Source of the DNA: Minisyncoccota bacterium
GTDB lineage: Bacteria; Patescibacteriota; Minisyncoccia; Phycocordibacterales; UBA9973
DNA length: 56,409 bases
Direction of reading: 5' to 3'
Assembly: GCA_041657885.1 (NCBI GenBank)
Contig: JBBABB010000003.1
Span: forward strand, 1 to 56,409
This document shows, piece after piece, positions 7,720-16,076 of this stretch. The notes beneath the pieces are model-generated. The model ran no database searches. It was not told the DNA's origin and was given only the letters and a program-made list of their open reading frames with translations. A program made the position numbers and the translations under genes. Each line of letters begins with the position of its first letter. Position 1 is the first letter of the stretch.

Positions 7720-8454
7720 TTACTTTTTATAAATTTTTCTTATACGAGTTTTAAAAAAGAATTTTAGCGCTGTAAAAAGTGTAAGAATACCATACTCTAA
7801 ACTATGAACAAAATTAATTGAAGAAGATTCTGCGGTGTATCTTACAGGAATTGGTATATCACCTATACGATACCCTTTTTCTATAATCTGAAATAGAACC
7901 TCTGTATCAAAAACAAAATTATCAGAATTATTTATAAAATCAATTTTCTCTAAGACTTCTCTTTTGTATGCTCGGAGTCCTGTATGCCATTCAGATAAAT
8001 TATATCCACTTAATGTATTTTCCCAAAAAGTAAGGAAACGATTGGCAAAATATTTATAAAGGGGCATTCCACCTTCTAGTGCCTCTTTTCTAGATCTGAT
8101 TCTTGAGCCTAACATTACATCAGCATATCCCTCTTCAATAAAACCCACCAAATATTTTATTACTTTTGCATCATATTGATAATCAGGATGAATCATAACA
8201 ATAATATCCGCGCCTTTCTCTAGTGCAATACGGTAACATGTTTTTTGATTGGCTCCATAACCCTTATTTTTATTATGACAATATACAGTTATATTAAGTT
8301 TTCGCGCCAAAATAACTGTCTCGTCATTACTACCATCATCAACTAATATAATTTCACTGACAATATCTTTTGGTATATCTTCCACTGTTCTTTTTAGGGT
8401 TGTTTCAGCATTAAAAGCAGGAAGGATAACGATGACTTTTGGTTTTTTATTCAT
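7720..8454 (-). CDS. Family 2 glycosyltransferase (polyprenol-phosphate sugar transferase-like)
   Basis: VIVILPAFNAE, LVDDGSNDET and MIHPDYQYD are typical of the GT2 / GT-A fold. Confidence 0.8.
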   Translation of the reverse strand: MNKKPKVIVILPAFNAETTLKRTVEDIPKDIVSEIILVDDGSNDETVILARKLNITVYCHNKNKGYGANQKTCYRIALEKGADIIVMIHPDYQYDAKVIKYLVGFIEEGYADVMLGSRIRSRKEALEGGMPLYKYFANRFLTFWENTLSGYNLSEWHTGLRAYKREVLEKIDFINNSDNFVFDTEVLFQIIEKGYRIGDIPIPVRYTAESSSINFVHSLEYGILTLFTALKFFFKTRIRKIYKK

Positions 8455-8458
8455 AATG

Positions 8459-8860
8459 TTAAATTTTTTTAAATATAATTTTATTAAAATAAATATAATT
8501 TATACAAGCAATAATAATAGCGGACATTGCTTGAGCTAAAAGATACCAGATGTTAATTATATCAACAAAGAAATACATTAACAAAGTATTGACACCGAGC
8601 ATAATTAAATTATAAATAAAAAAATTTAAAAACTGCGTATGCATGTTTTGCGTTAAGTAATTTTTAAATACAAAAAATTTTTGGAGTAAATAACTTATTA
8701 GTACTGCACAACAAAAAGAAATAATAGTAGAAGTCAAATACCACAATTTAAAATAATGAACACAGACGAAAAGGATTGCTATATTAGAAGCTGTCGCAAT
8801 TCCTCCTGCAAAGATGTATCTGATTATTTGATTATATTTGGACATAATATTGTTAATCAT
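8459..8860 (-). CDS. GtrA family membrane protein
   Basis: 133 aa with four TM segments and YIFAGGIATASN near the N-terminus. It is adjacent to the GT2 gene. The start could be the ATG at 8845. Confidence 0.7.
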   Translation of the reverse strand: MINNIMSKYNQIIRYIFAGGIATASNIAILFVCVHYFKLWYLTSTIISFCCAVLISYLLQKFFVFKNYLTQNMHTQFLNFFIYNLIMLGVNTLLMYFFVDIINIWYLLAQAMSAIIIACINYIYFNKIIFKKI

Positions 8861-8966
8861 TTTTAATATTTCTAACTATTAATAATAACATAGTATTTAC
8901 TATTTTTATAATTAACCCTTAAAAACCTAGTCTTTATATAAAACAATATGTGCTATACTCCTAACT

Positions 8967-10928
8967 ATGAAAGAACCGAAAAAAGGCAAGGATTCGAGCA
9001 GACATTTTGAGGGGATTATAAATATTTCACATCGCGGAACTGGAACCGTTCGCTTAAATAAAGAGAATAAAACTATAGAAATAGACCATAGTTTCTTAAG
9101 AACAGCTTGTAATGGTGATACTGTTATTATATTATTACATCCTAAAAAGAAAGATGGTACTTTAAGCGGTGAAGTTATAAAAATACTTCATCGTTCAAAA
9201 AAAGGATATGCTGGGGTTTTGGAAAAAGAAAATGATACATACTTTCTTATCCCAAGTGATTTGAAAATGTATTCTGATATCATAATCCCTCCAAATAAAT
9301 TAAATGGGGCAAAAGTTGGGCAAAAAGTTTTCGTCACCATTACCGACTGGACAGATGCCAAAAAAGCTCCAATTGGAGAAATCACAAAAGTATTGGGTAT
9401 GCCAATGGAGCACAATGCTGAAATGGAAGCTATTGCGCTCGAGAAAGGATTTAATTCTACTTTTCCACCATTAATTTTAAAAGAAGCTCAAAAAGTTTCC
9501 CAAATAGGTGTCACAGACCACGATATAAAAGAGAGGCGTGATATAAGAAAGACAACAACTTTCACTATCGACCCAGAAGATGCAAAAGATTTTGATGATG
9601 CAATATCTATCCGTAATCTCCCCTCATTTTCCAAGGAGGGGGTTGGGGGTGGTAATCTTTATGAAGTTGGTATTCATATCGCAGATGTATCTCATTATGT
9701 AAGATTGGGTACTGAACTAGACACAGAAGCGCGTCGACGCGGAACTTCTGTGTATCTCGTTGACCGCACTATTCCCATGCTCCCAGAAGAACTTTCAAAT
9801 GGAATATGTAGCTTAAATCCTGATGTTGACCGACTAACCTTTTCAGTTATATTTGAATTAGATAAAATGGGTGGAGTCCATAAAGAATGGTTTGGGAGGA
9901 CAATAATCCATTCTGATAAAAGATTCACATATGAAGAAGCACAAAAGATTTTAGACAATAAGCGAGGAAATTTTTTTGAAGAACTTTCTACTTTAAATAA
10001 TATTGCCAAAAAACTTTTAAAGAAACGATATGACGAAGGGGCAATATCACTTGAACAAGAAGAAATTAAATTTAAATTAGATAAAAATGGTGTCCCTATT
10101 TCTGTCTATATTAAAGAACGTGGTGATACAAATAAATTAATTGAAGAATTCATGCTTCTGGCAAATAGACGTGTTGCAGAATACATGTCTAAAGGGAAAG
10201 AAAGTGTCAAAGGTGTTTTCCTTTATAGAATTCACGACTTTCCAAATAAAGAAAAAATAAAAGATTTAGCAACATTTCTTAGAAGACTTGGCCATAAAGT
10301 AAGATTAATAAATGGAATAATTCCATCAGAAGAAATAAATGCTCTGATTGCTAAACTAGAACACAGCCCTATTAAAGACACAATTCACAGCGCTATTATT
10401 CGCACAATGGCAAAAGCTATTTATTCCACAAAAAATATCGGGCATTATGGTCTTGGGTTTAAATATTATACTCACTTTACTTCTCCTATCCGCAGATACC
10501 CCGATGTGATAGTTCATCGATTACTTTCAGATTTCTTAGAAAATAAAGTTATTCCAAAAGAGAGATGGTTTGAATATGAGCAAATGAGCCAAGAAGCTTC
10601 AAATAGAGAAAAAGAAGCGTCCGAAGCAGAGCGCGCATCTATTAAATATAAGCAAGTTGAATACATGTCTCACCGTATTAATGAAAAATATGAGGGTATA
10701 ATTACGGGAGTTACCGAGTGGGGGTTGTATATTGAAGATAAATTGACCAAATGCGAAGGTATGGTCCGAATGAGAGATTTGAAAGATGATTATTACACTT
10801 TTGACAAAGAAGGAATGAGTATTAAGGGTAGGAAAAGTCACAAGAAATATACTCTCGGAGATAGAGTTAAATTCATAGTCAAAAATGCTGATATGAATAA
10901 GAAAACTATTGATTATGAAATACGGTAG
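8967..10928 (+). CDS. rnr: Ribonuclease R (RNB family 3'-5' exoribonuclease)
   Basis: FTIDPEDAKDFDDAISI, HIADVSHYV, VYLVDRTIPMLPE and HYGLGFKYYTHFTSPIRRYPDVIVHR are present, with a C-terminal S1 domain. Confidence 0.9.
   Translation: MKEPKKGKDSSRHFEGIINISHRGTGTVRLNKENKTIEIDHSFLRTACNGDTVIILLHPKKKDGTLSGEVIKILHRSKKGYAGVLEKENDTYFLIPSDLKMYSDIIIPPNKLNGAKVGQKVFVTITDWTDAKKAPIGEITKVLGMPMEHNAEMEAIALEKGFNSTFPPLILKEAQKVSQIGVTDHDIKERRDIRKTTTFTIDPEDAKDFDDAISIRNLPSFSKEGVGGGNLYEVGIHIADVSHYVRLGTELDTEARRRGTSVYLVDRTIPMLPEELSNGICSLNPDVDRLTFSVIFELDKMGGVHKEWFGRTIIHSDKRFTYEEAQKILDNKRGNFFEELSTLNNIAKKLLKKRYDEGAISLEQEEIKFKLDKNGVPISVYIKERGDTNKLIEEFMLLANRRVAEYMSKGKESVKGVFLYRIHDFPNKEKIKDLATFLRRLGHKVRLINGIIPSEEINALIAKLEHSPIKDTIHSAIIRTMAKAIYSTKNIGHYGLGFKYYTHFTSPIRRYPDVIVHRLLSDFLENKVIPKERWFEYEQMSQEASNREKEASEAERASIKYKQVEYMSHRINEKYEGIITGVTEWGLYIEDKLTKCEGMVRMRDLKDDYYTFDKEGMSIKGRKSHKKYTLGDRVKFIVKNADMNKKTIDYEIR
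9617..9652. repeat. GC-rich CCCCTC..GAGGGG hairpin embedded in frame in rnr
   Basis: tctcccctcattttccaaggagggggttgggggtgg encodes LPSFSKEGVGGG in the variable loop just before the HIADVS motif. It resembles the hairpins at 49072-49157 and 49708-49777. Confidence 0.6.
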
Positions 10929-10934
10929 TTGTAA

Positions 10935-11085
10935 GTTGGAAGTTGAAATAGTCTTATCAAGAAAGTTAGTTGTCCGTTGAAATAGCTCTTCTCAAAGGGT
11001 ACTCAAATTTTTTGCTAAAAATTTGCTCAGTTCTCGCTCCGTCGAGCTCCAAAGCCCCTTTGATAAGACTATTTCAACTCCCAAC
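10935..11085. repeat. About 150-nt imperfect inverted repeat between rnr and the CapA-like gene
   Basis: gttggaagttgaaatagtcttatcaa (10935-10960) pairs with ttgataagactatttcaactcccaac (11060-11085), giving 25 of 26 bp. An internal second copy of the 5' arm (gttgaaatagctcttctcaaaggg) could pair alternatively with the same 3' arm. Confidence 0.7.
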
Positions 11086-11103
11086 CCATAAACCAAAATT
11101 ATC

Positions 11104-12720
11104 ATGAAAAATAAAATTATAATAATATCATTCATAATCTTAATAATAATTTTAGTTGTTGGTTTTTTTTATTTTAAAAATGATTGGGTTGTAAACCAAT
11201 ATGATCAGATTACCCAAGTCGAAAAAGTAATCGAAACTCCAAAAGTAAAAACAACTACCTTATTTTTTGTTGGAGATATGATGTTTACACGCGGAGTTAA
11301 AAGTTCCGTTGATAAAAATTTTGGAGGTGATTATAGTAAACTATTTGAAAATCTACCTTTATTAAAAGATGCCGATATATTATTTGGTAATCTTGAGGGA
11401 GATGTATCTCTTGTTGGGAATAACGTCGGAAGTAAATATTCTTTTAAAATGGATCCAAGTATATTACCAGTATTGAAAGACGCTGGTTTTGATATTGTAT
11501 CTTTTGCAAATAATCATGTCGGCGATTGGAATATGAGTGCATTCAAAGATACATTATCAAGATTAAAAGATATTGGAATTTTAAAAACCGGTGCTGGTGT
11601 AAATAAAGAAGATGCCACTAATCCTACTATTATAGAAAAAAACGGAACCAAATTTGGATTTTTAGGTTTTTCAGATGTAGGACCAAATTGGCTAGAAGCA
11701 AAAATTGATACCTCTGGAATACTTCTTGCAAGCGACCCAAATATTGGTGAAATAATACAAAATGCTAAAACAAAATGTGATGTACTAATTGTTTCCTTCC
11801 ACTGGGGTGTTGAATATAAACTCGTTCATAATGCTCGGCAAGAGAATTTAGCTCATATAGCCATAGATAATGGTGCAGATATGGTAATTGGCCATCATCC
11901 ACATGTGATGGAAGAGATAGAAGAATATAATGGCAAAACAATTGTTTATTCACTTGGTAATTTTATTTTTGACCAATACTTTTCAAAAGATACGATGAGA
12001 GGAATGCTTTACAGCGCAGAATTTGATGGAATAAATTTAATAAAAACAGAACAAAAAATAATTACACTGAATAAAAATTATCAGCCGGAAGGAATTTTTA
12101 GCATAGAGGAAATTAAAGAAAAAGACGAACTAGCTTCAATTGTCTGTCCAAAACCAAAAAAAGATTATGACGATATGATGTTGCTAAATATCGGACAAGA
12201 AATTGGATTACCAGATGTAACTTACATTCCAGAAAATCTAAGAGAGCTTAATACAGAATCAAGTACAAAAACAATTTGTTTAATAAAAGAAGTTAGGGAT
12301 GCGTTTGAATTGATGGCCCAAGGTGCGAAAAAAGATGAGCTCACAATAAAAGCAAGCTCTGGATTTAGAAGTTACGAAATTCAAAAAACTTTATTCAATA
12401 ATAATATAAAAAATAGCGGAAAAGATACTTCAATATCTGTAGCAAAACCAGGATATTCTGAGCACCAATTTGGAACCGCAATGGATATAACAGGGCTATC
12501 CATAAATTATGATTCTGCTGTAGGAAAATTTGATAAAACACCTGAAGATTTGTGGCTCAAAGAAAATGCTTATTTGTATGGCTTCATCCAAAGTTATCCG
12601 AAAGATAAAACTGATATAACTGGTTACAAATACGAACCGTGGCATTATCGCTATTTTGGAATAGATAAAGCAAAAGAAATATACGACTCGGGATTAACAA
12701 TTACTGAGTATCTAAATTAA
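11104..12720 (+). CDS. Fusion protein: CapA/PGA_cap metallophosphatase-like domain plus a VanY/M15B D-Ala-D-Ala carboxypeptidase domain, with an N-terminal TM anchor
   Basis: The N-terminal half has FVGDMMFTR, SFANNHVGDW, SFHWGVEY and GHHPHV. The C-terminal half has SGFRSYEIQ, PGYSEHQFGTAMDI and EPWHYRY. Confidence 0.75.
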   Translation: MKNKIIIISFIILIIILVVGFFYFKNDWVVNQYDQITQVEKVIETPKVKTTTLFFVGDMMFTRGVKSSVDKNFGGDYSKLFENLPLLKDADILFGNLEGDVSLVGNNVGSKYSFKMDPSILPVLKDAGFDIVSFANNHVGDWNMSAFKDTLSRLKDIGILKTGAGVNKEDATNPTIIEKNGTKFGFLGFSDVGPNWLEAKIDTSGILLASDPNIGEIIQNAKTKCDVLIVSFHWGVEYKLVHNARQENLAHIAIDNGADMVIGHHPHVMEEIEEYNGKTIVYSLGNFIFDQYFSKDTMRGMLYSAEFDGINLIKTEQKIITLNKNYQPEGIFSIEEIKEKDELASIVCPKPKKDYDDMMLLNIGQEIGLPDVTYIPENLRELNTESSTKTICLIKEVRDAFELMAQGAKKDELTIKASSGFRSYEIQKTLFNNNIKNSGKDTSISVAKPGYSEHQFGTAMDITGLSINYDSAVGKFDKTPEDLWLKENAYLYGFIQSYPKDKTDITGYKYEPWHYRYFGIDKAKEIYDSGLTITEYLN

Positions 12721-12725
12721 AAAAG

Positions 12726-12754
12726 CCGCTGCGAATTTCGCAACGGACTTTTTT
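12726..12754 (+). terminator. Rho-independent terminator after the CapA/VanY gene
   Basis: CCGCTGCGAA t TTCGCAACGG (one mismatch) is followed by acTTTTTTc. Confidence 0.65.
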
Positions 12755-12769
12755 CAGGTGATTCCTTTA

Positions 12770-12955
12770 TCACCTTTTTATCTTATTTCTTTTTCTTTTT
12801 TGAAAATAATCATCCGCAACCCAAACGATAGCTGCGATAATCAAGAGAAAAAAAACAACCCAGGGTTCATTGTCCGCGACCCATGTTTCCATATTTGCGC
12901 TACTTATAGGCCCAAACAGAAAACATGTCATCAAAAAAAACAATAAAATATTCAT
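12770..12955 (-). CDS. Possible small two-TM membrane protein
   Basis: A 61-aa ORF with two hydrophobic segments and a basic tail (KRKRNKIKR). There is no recognisable homology, and an overlapping + ORF is equally long. Confidence 0.25.
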   Translation of the reverse strand: MNILLFFLMTCFLFGPISSANMETWVADNEPWVVFFLLIIAAIVWVADDYFQKRKRNKIKR

Positions 12956-13047
12956 ATCTTTTTTATTTTAAAAATTTGTTTCAAAAATATCAAAGAGCTA
13001 TTTACCCTTGCATTATATCACAACCAACCCAAAAAGTCAACGGAATC

Positions 13048-13078
13048 CCCCAGATAGGGGCTAAGCCCCTATCTGGGG
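13048..13078. repeat. Perfect 14-bp GC-rich hairpin just downstream of smc
   Basis: CCCCAGATAGGGGC taa GCCCCTATCTGGGG. Neither strand has a clear U-tract after the stem. Confidence 0.7.
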
Positions 13079-13097
13079 AAAGATTATAATATAAGGA

Positions 13098-15371
13098 TTA
13101 TTTCGCGTATGTTGTCGCATCTTCGAGGTGGATGGAGAGAAGTTTGGAAACGCCTTCGGCACTCATTGTGACTCCGTATAGAACATTGGCTCGTGACATT
13201 GTCTCACGATTGTGAGTCACGACTATAAGCTCTGAAACTTTCGAAAGATTTTCAAGCATGTTTCCATATTTTCTGGAATTTGCTTCATCAAGCGCTGCAT
13301 CTGTTTCGTCAAGAACTAAAAATGGAGGAGGGTTAACTTGTGAAATCGCAAACAAAAGCGCGATAGAAGCGAGAGACCTCTCTCCACCTGAGAGCATGTG
13401 TAAATCTTTAACTTTTTTGTGCGGAAGATTTACATTTATTTCTATACCCCGTTCAAATCCAATCTCATTCTCTTCATCATCTTCGTCTTCTTCAATTTCT
13501 TCTTCCAATATAGATTCATCGTCTTTCTTTGGCTTTTTATGTTCCATGGTGATAGAAAGAAATGCTCCTCCCCCACCAAACATCAAAGCGAAAAATTCTT
13601 GGAATTGTTTATTGATTTTTTCTACGCCTACTTTAAATTCTGTATCAAGTTTTTCTTTTAATTCTTGTATAAGAATATGGCAATCTTTAATACTTTTATC
13701 TAAATCCTCAATTTCTTTAGCCAAAAATGTATCTCGCTCAGTTGTCTCCTTAAACTCTTTCATAACATCATTTCCACTTCCGCTCCCAGCATCTTCAATC
13801 TTAATTTTGATACGTTCTATTTTACGACGAAGTTCTTCTTGTGTAATGCGATTAATTTCTCCTTCCACGTGTTCTTGCGCAAAAGAAACAATCTCTTTCC
13901 CAATCAAAACTCCAGCTTCAGTTAATTCCATATTAAATGCATTCTTTATCATAGCAAGTTTTTCTTCTTCAAAGGAAAGTGAATGCGTGTTTGAAGTGAC
14001 TTCATTTTTATCTCGAAGAAGTTCATACAATACTCGTTCACTATCGCGATATGACGCTTGACTTTCAAGTTCTTTTTGTTTGAAATCTGAAATTGTATTT
14101 AAAATCTCTTTTTCTTCTCCTTGCATTTTTTCTATCTCGTCCAAAATATCATCTTTTGTCTTTTGCATTTCTTTATACTCATCATTATCGCTCAAAGAAA
14201 TGCTATGATTTTCGTTTTCATCATTATTCTTATAAAATTCCCCCAAACGTGATTTAATATTTTTCAAAACCTCAATCACTTTTGGTAAATCCTCTATTTT
14301 AATTGCTTCATCAATAAGTAAAGATATATCGTCCATAAAAGTTCTCCATTCCGCTTCTTTAATCACCTTATGTTTAACTTCTTTAACACGAGAGAATTGA
14401 TGTTCTATTCTTTCAATAATTCCCTCTATACGCCCAAGCTTGCGAACTAATTCATTCTTTGCATTGCGAAGTAATGAAACCTTATTTTCACAATCTTCCA
14501 TTTCTTTTAAATAAATATTTTCAGCTTGATTTTCATTTTTTTGTTTTTGCAATTCATCTATACGGGTATCAAGCAATGATTCTTTTCCTTCTAAAGAATG
14601 TCTTAAATTAGCCAAACGCTTTGATTCATCATTTATATATGTCCCTTCATTAGAAAGATATTTTTTGTATAGGTCTCTCAAATCGTCTCTCATGACTCTC
14701 GCTTTTTCCACTACTTGTACCTGCTTTTTTAAGAATGCTAAGTGCGGAGCAATCTCTCGTCTTAAGGCCTGAACTTCTTTTATATTCAAAAATGTCTTTT
14801 CAAGTTTTCTCTCTGATTCTTTTATTCTAAATTGATAAACCCTTAATCCAAGAGCATCTTCTATCATACCTCGGCGCTCTTTATTTGAAGCACTGAGTAC
14901 TCGATCAGTTTCACCTTGAGAAATTATATGATGTCCTGAACTTCCAATATTTACAGAAGCAAGTAAGTCAATTATATCTTTAAGACGAACTTCTGTATGA
15001 TTAATAGAATATTTATTTGACCCATCAGCAAAAACTTCTCGCCCAAGCACTATTTCATCATAATCAACAGATACACCAATACCACTATTCGTAAAAGAAA
15101 AAATTTTATCAGTGTTATCAAAAGTTATTAGTACTTGTGCACGATTTAATGATGATAAACCTTTAGACCCTTTAAAAATAAGATCAACTCCGCCTTTTCC
15201 TCGGAGGGATTTCATTGATTGTTCTCCAAGTACAAATCGAATTGCTTCTACTATATTTGACTTACCAGACCCATTGGGGCCAACAATAGCAGTTATTGGC
15301 GTTGTGAAAGTTACAATGCTTTTCTTTCCAAATGATTTAAATCCTGTTAACTCAATAGATTTGAAGGTCAT
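13098..15371 (-). CDS. smc: SMC-like chromosome segregation ATPase, unusually short (757 aa) with no recognisable hinge
   Basis: The N-terminal head has GPNGSGKSN (Walker A). The C-terminal head has LSGGERSLASIAL (signature) and FLVLDETDAALD (Walker B). Only about 350 aa of coiled coil lie between the heads. An acidic insert (EEEIEEDEDDEENE) sits in the C-terminal head. Confidence 0.8.
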   Translation of the reverse strand: MTFKSIELTGFKSFGKKSIVTFTTPITAIVGPNGSGKSNIVEAIRFVLGEQSMKSLRGKGGVDLIFKGSKGLSSLNRAQVLITFDNTDKIFSFTNSGIGVSVDYDEIVLGREVFADGSNKYSINHTEVRLKDIIDLLASVNIGSSGHHIISQGETDRVLSASNKERRGMIEDALGLRVYQFRIKESERKLEKTFLNIKEVQALRREIAPHLAFLKKQVQVVEKARVMRDDLRDLYKKYLSNEGTYINDESKRLANLRHSLEGKESLLDTRIDELQKQKNENQAENIYLKEMEDCENKVSLLRNAKNELVRKLGRIEGIIERIEHQFSRVKEVKHKVIKEAEWRTFMDDISLLIDEAIKIEDLPKVIEVLKNIKSRLGEFYKNNDENENHSISLSDNDEYKEMQKTKDDILDEIEKMQGEEKEILNTISDFKQKELESQASYRDSERVLYELLRDKNEVTSNTHSLSFEEEKLAMIKNAFNMELTEAGVLIGKEIVSFAQEHVEGEINRITQEELRRKIERIKIKIEDAGSGSGNDVMKEFKETTERDTFLAKEIEDLDKSIKDCHILIQELKEKLDTEFKVGVEKINKQFQEFFALMFGGGGAFLSITMEHKKPKKDDESILEEEIEEDEDDEENEIGFERGIEINVNLPHKKVKDLHMLSGGERSLASIALLFAISQVNPPPFLVLDETDAALDEANSRKYGNMLENLSKVSELIVVTHNRETMSRANVLYGVTMSAEGVSKLLSIHLEDATTYAK

Positions 15372-15372
15372 T

Positions 15373-16068
15373 TTAATCTAGCCATTCTTTAACTTCTAAT
15401 GCTTCATGAGCTGCTGCTTGTTCTGCCTCTTGTTTAGATTTACCTTTACCTTCTGCAACTAATTCATCTCCAAAAAAGATTCCTATTGTAAAATGTTTGT
15501 CATGGTCAGGACCAACTTCATTTAAAACTTTATAAGATGGAGTTACGTTTAGATATTCTTGGGATTTTTCCTGAACTAAACTTTTCGCATCTCGCCATAA
15601 TTTCTTTGTAACTATTGCGTCTATTTTATTAAAGAGTGTTTTGGCTATAAAATCTTTTGCCACATCATAACCCAGGTCTAAATATACCGCTCCGACGTAT
15701 GCTTCATAAGTATTCGCTAGTATATAACCCCGGGCTTTACCTATATCTTTAGCCTCTCCCTTTGAAAGAAGTAGATAATCATTCATACCAAGTTTTAAAG
15801 CCACTTCTCCTATAATTACAGCATTTACAAGAGCTGACCGGAAAGCTGTGAGATCCCCTTCGTCATGGTCTGGGTATTTGGAATAAAGATACTCAGTAAC
15901 AATAAGTTCAAGAACTGCATCTCCCAAAAACTCCAAGCGTTCATTGTGAAATAATTTTGAACCAGAATTTTCATTAATATAAGAACGGTGAATAAAAGCT
16001 TGTTCTAATAAATTTTTATTATTAAAAATGATTTTTGTTTTTTTTTCAAATTGTGAGAAGTCAATCAT
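15373..16068 (-). CDS. rnc: Ribonuclease III
   Basis: The signature NERLEFLGDAVLEL is present, with a C-terminal dsRBD (GPDHDKHFTIGIF...GKGKSKQEAEQAAA). Confidence 0.9.
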   Translation of the reverse strand: MIDFSQFEKKTKIIFNNKNLLEQAFIHRSYINENSGSKLFHNERLEFLGDAVLELIVTEYLYSKYPDHDEGDLTAFRSALVNAVIIGEVALKLGMNDYLLLSKGEAKDIGKARGYILANTYEAYVGAVYLDLGYDVAKDFIAKTLFNKIDAIVTKKLWRDAKSLVQEKSQEYLNVTPSYKVLNEVGPDHDKHFTIGIFFGDELVAEGKGKSKQEAEQAAAHEALEVKEWLD

Positions 16069-16076
16069 AAATTAAT

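Noticed and set aside
13258-14061. 267-aa plus-strand ORF antisense to smc, plus 13419-13661 and 15112-15381
   Set aside because: The translation is Ser-rich and low-complexity, as is typical of the antisense frame of a Glu/Lys-rich coiled-coil gene. The smc frame has canonical ATPase motifs.
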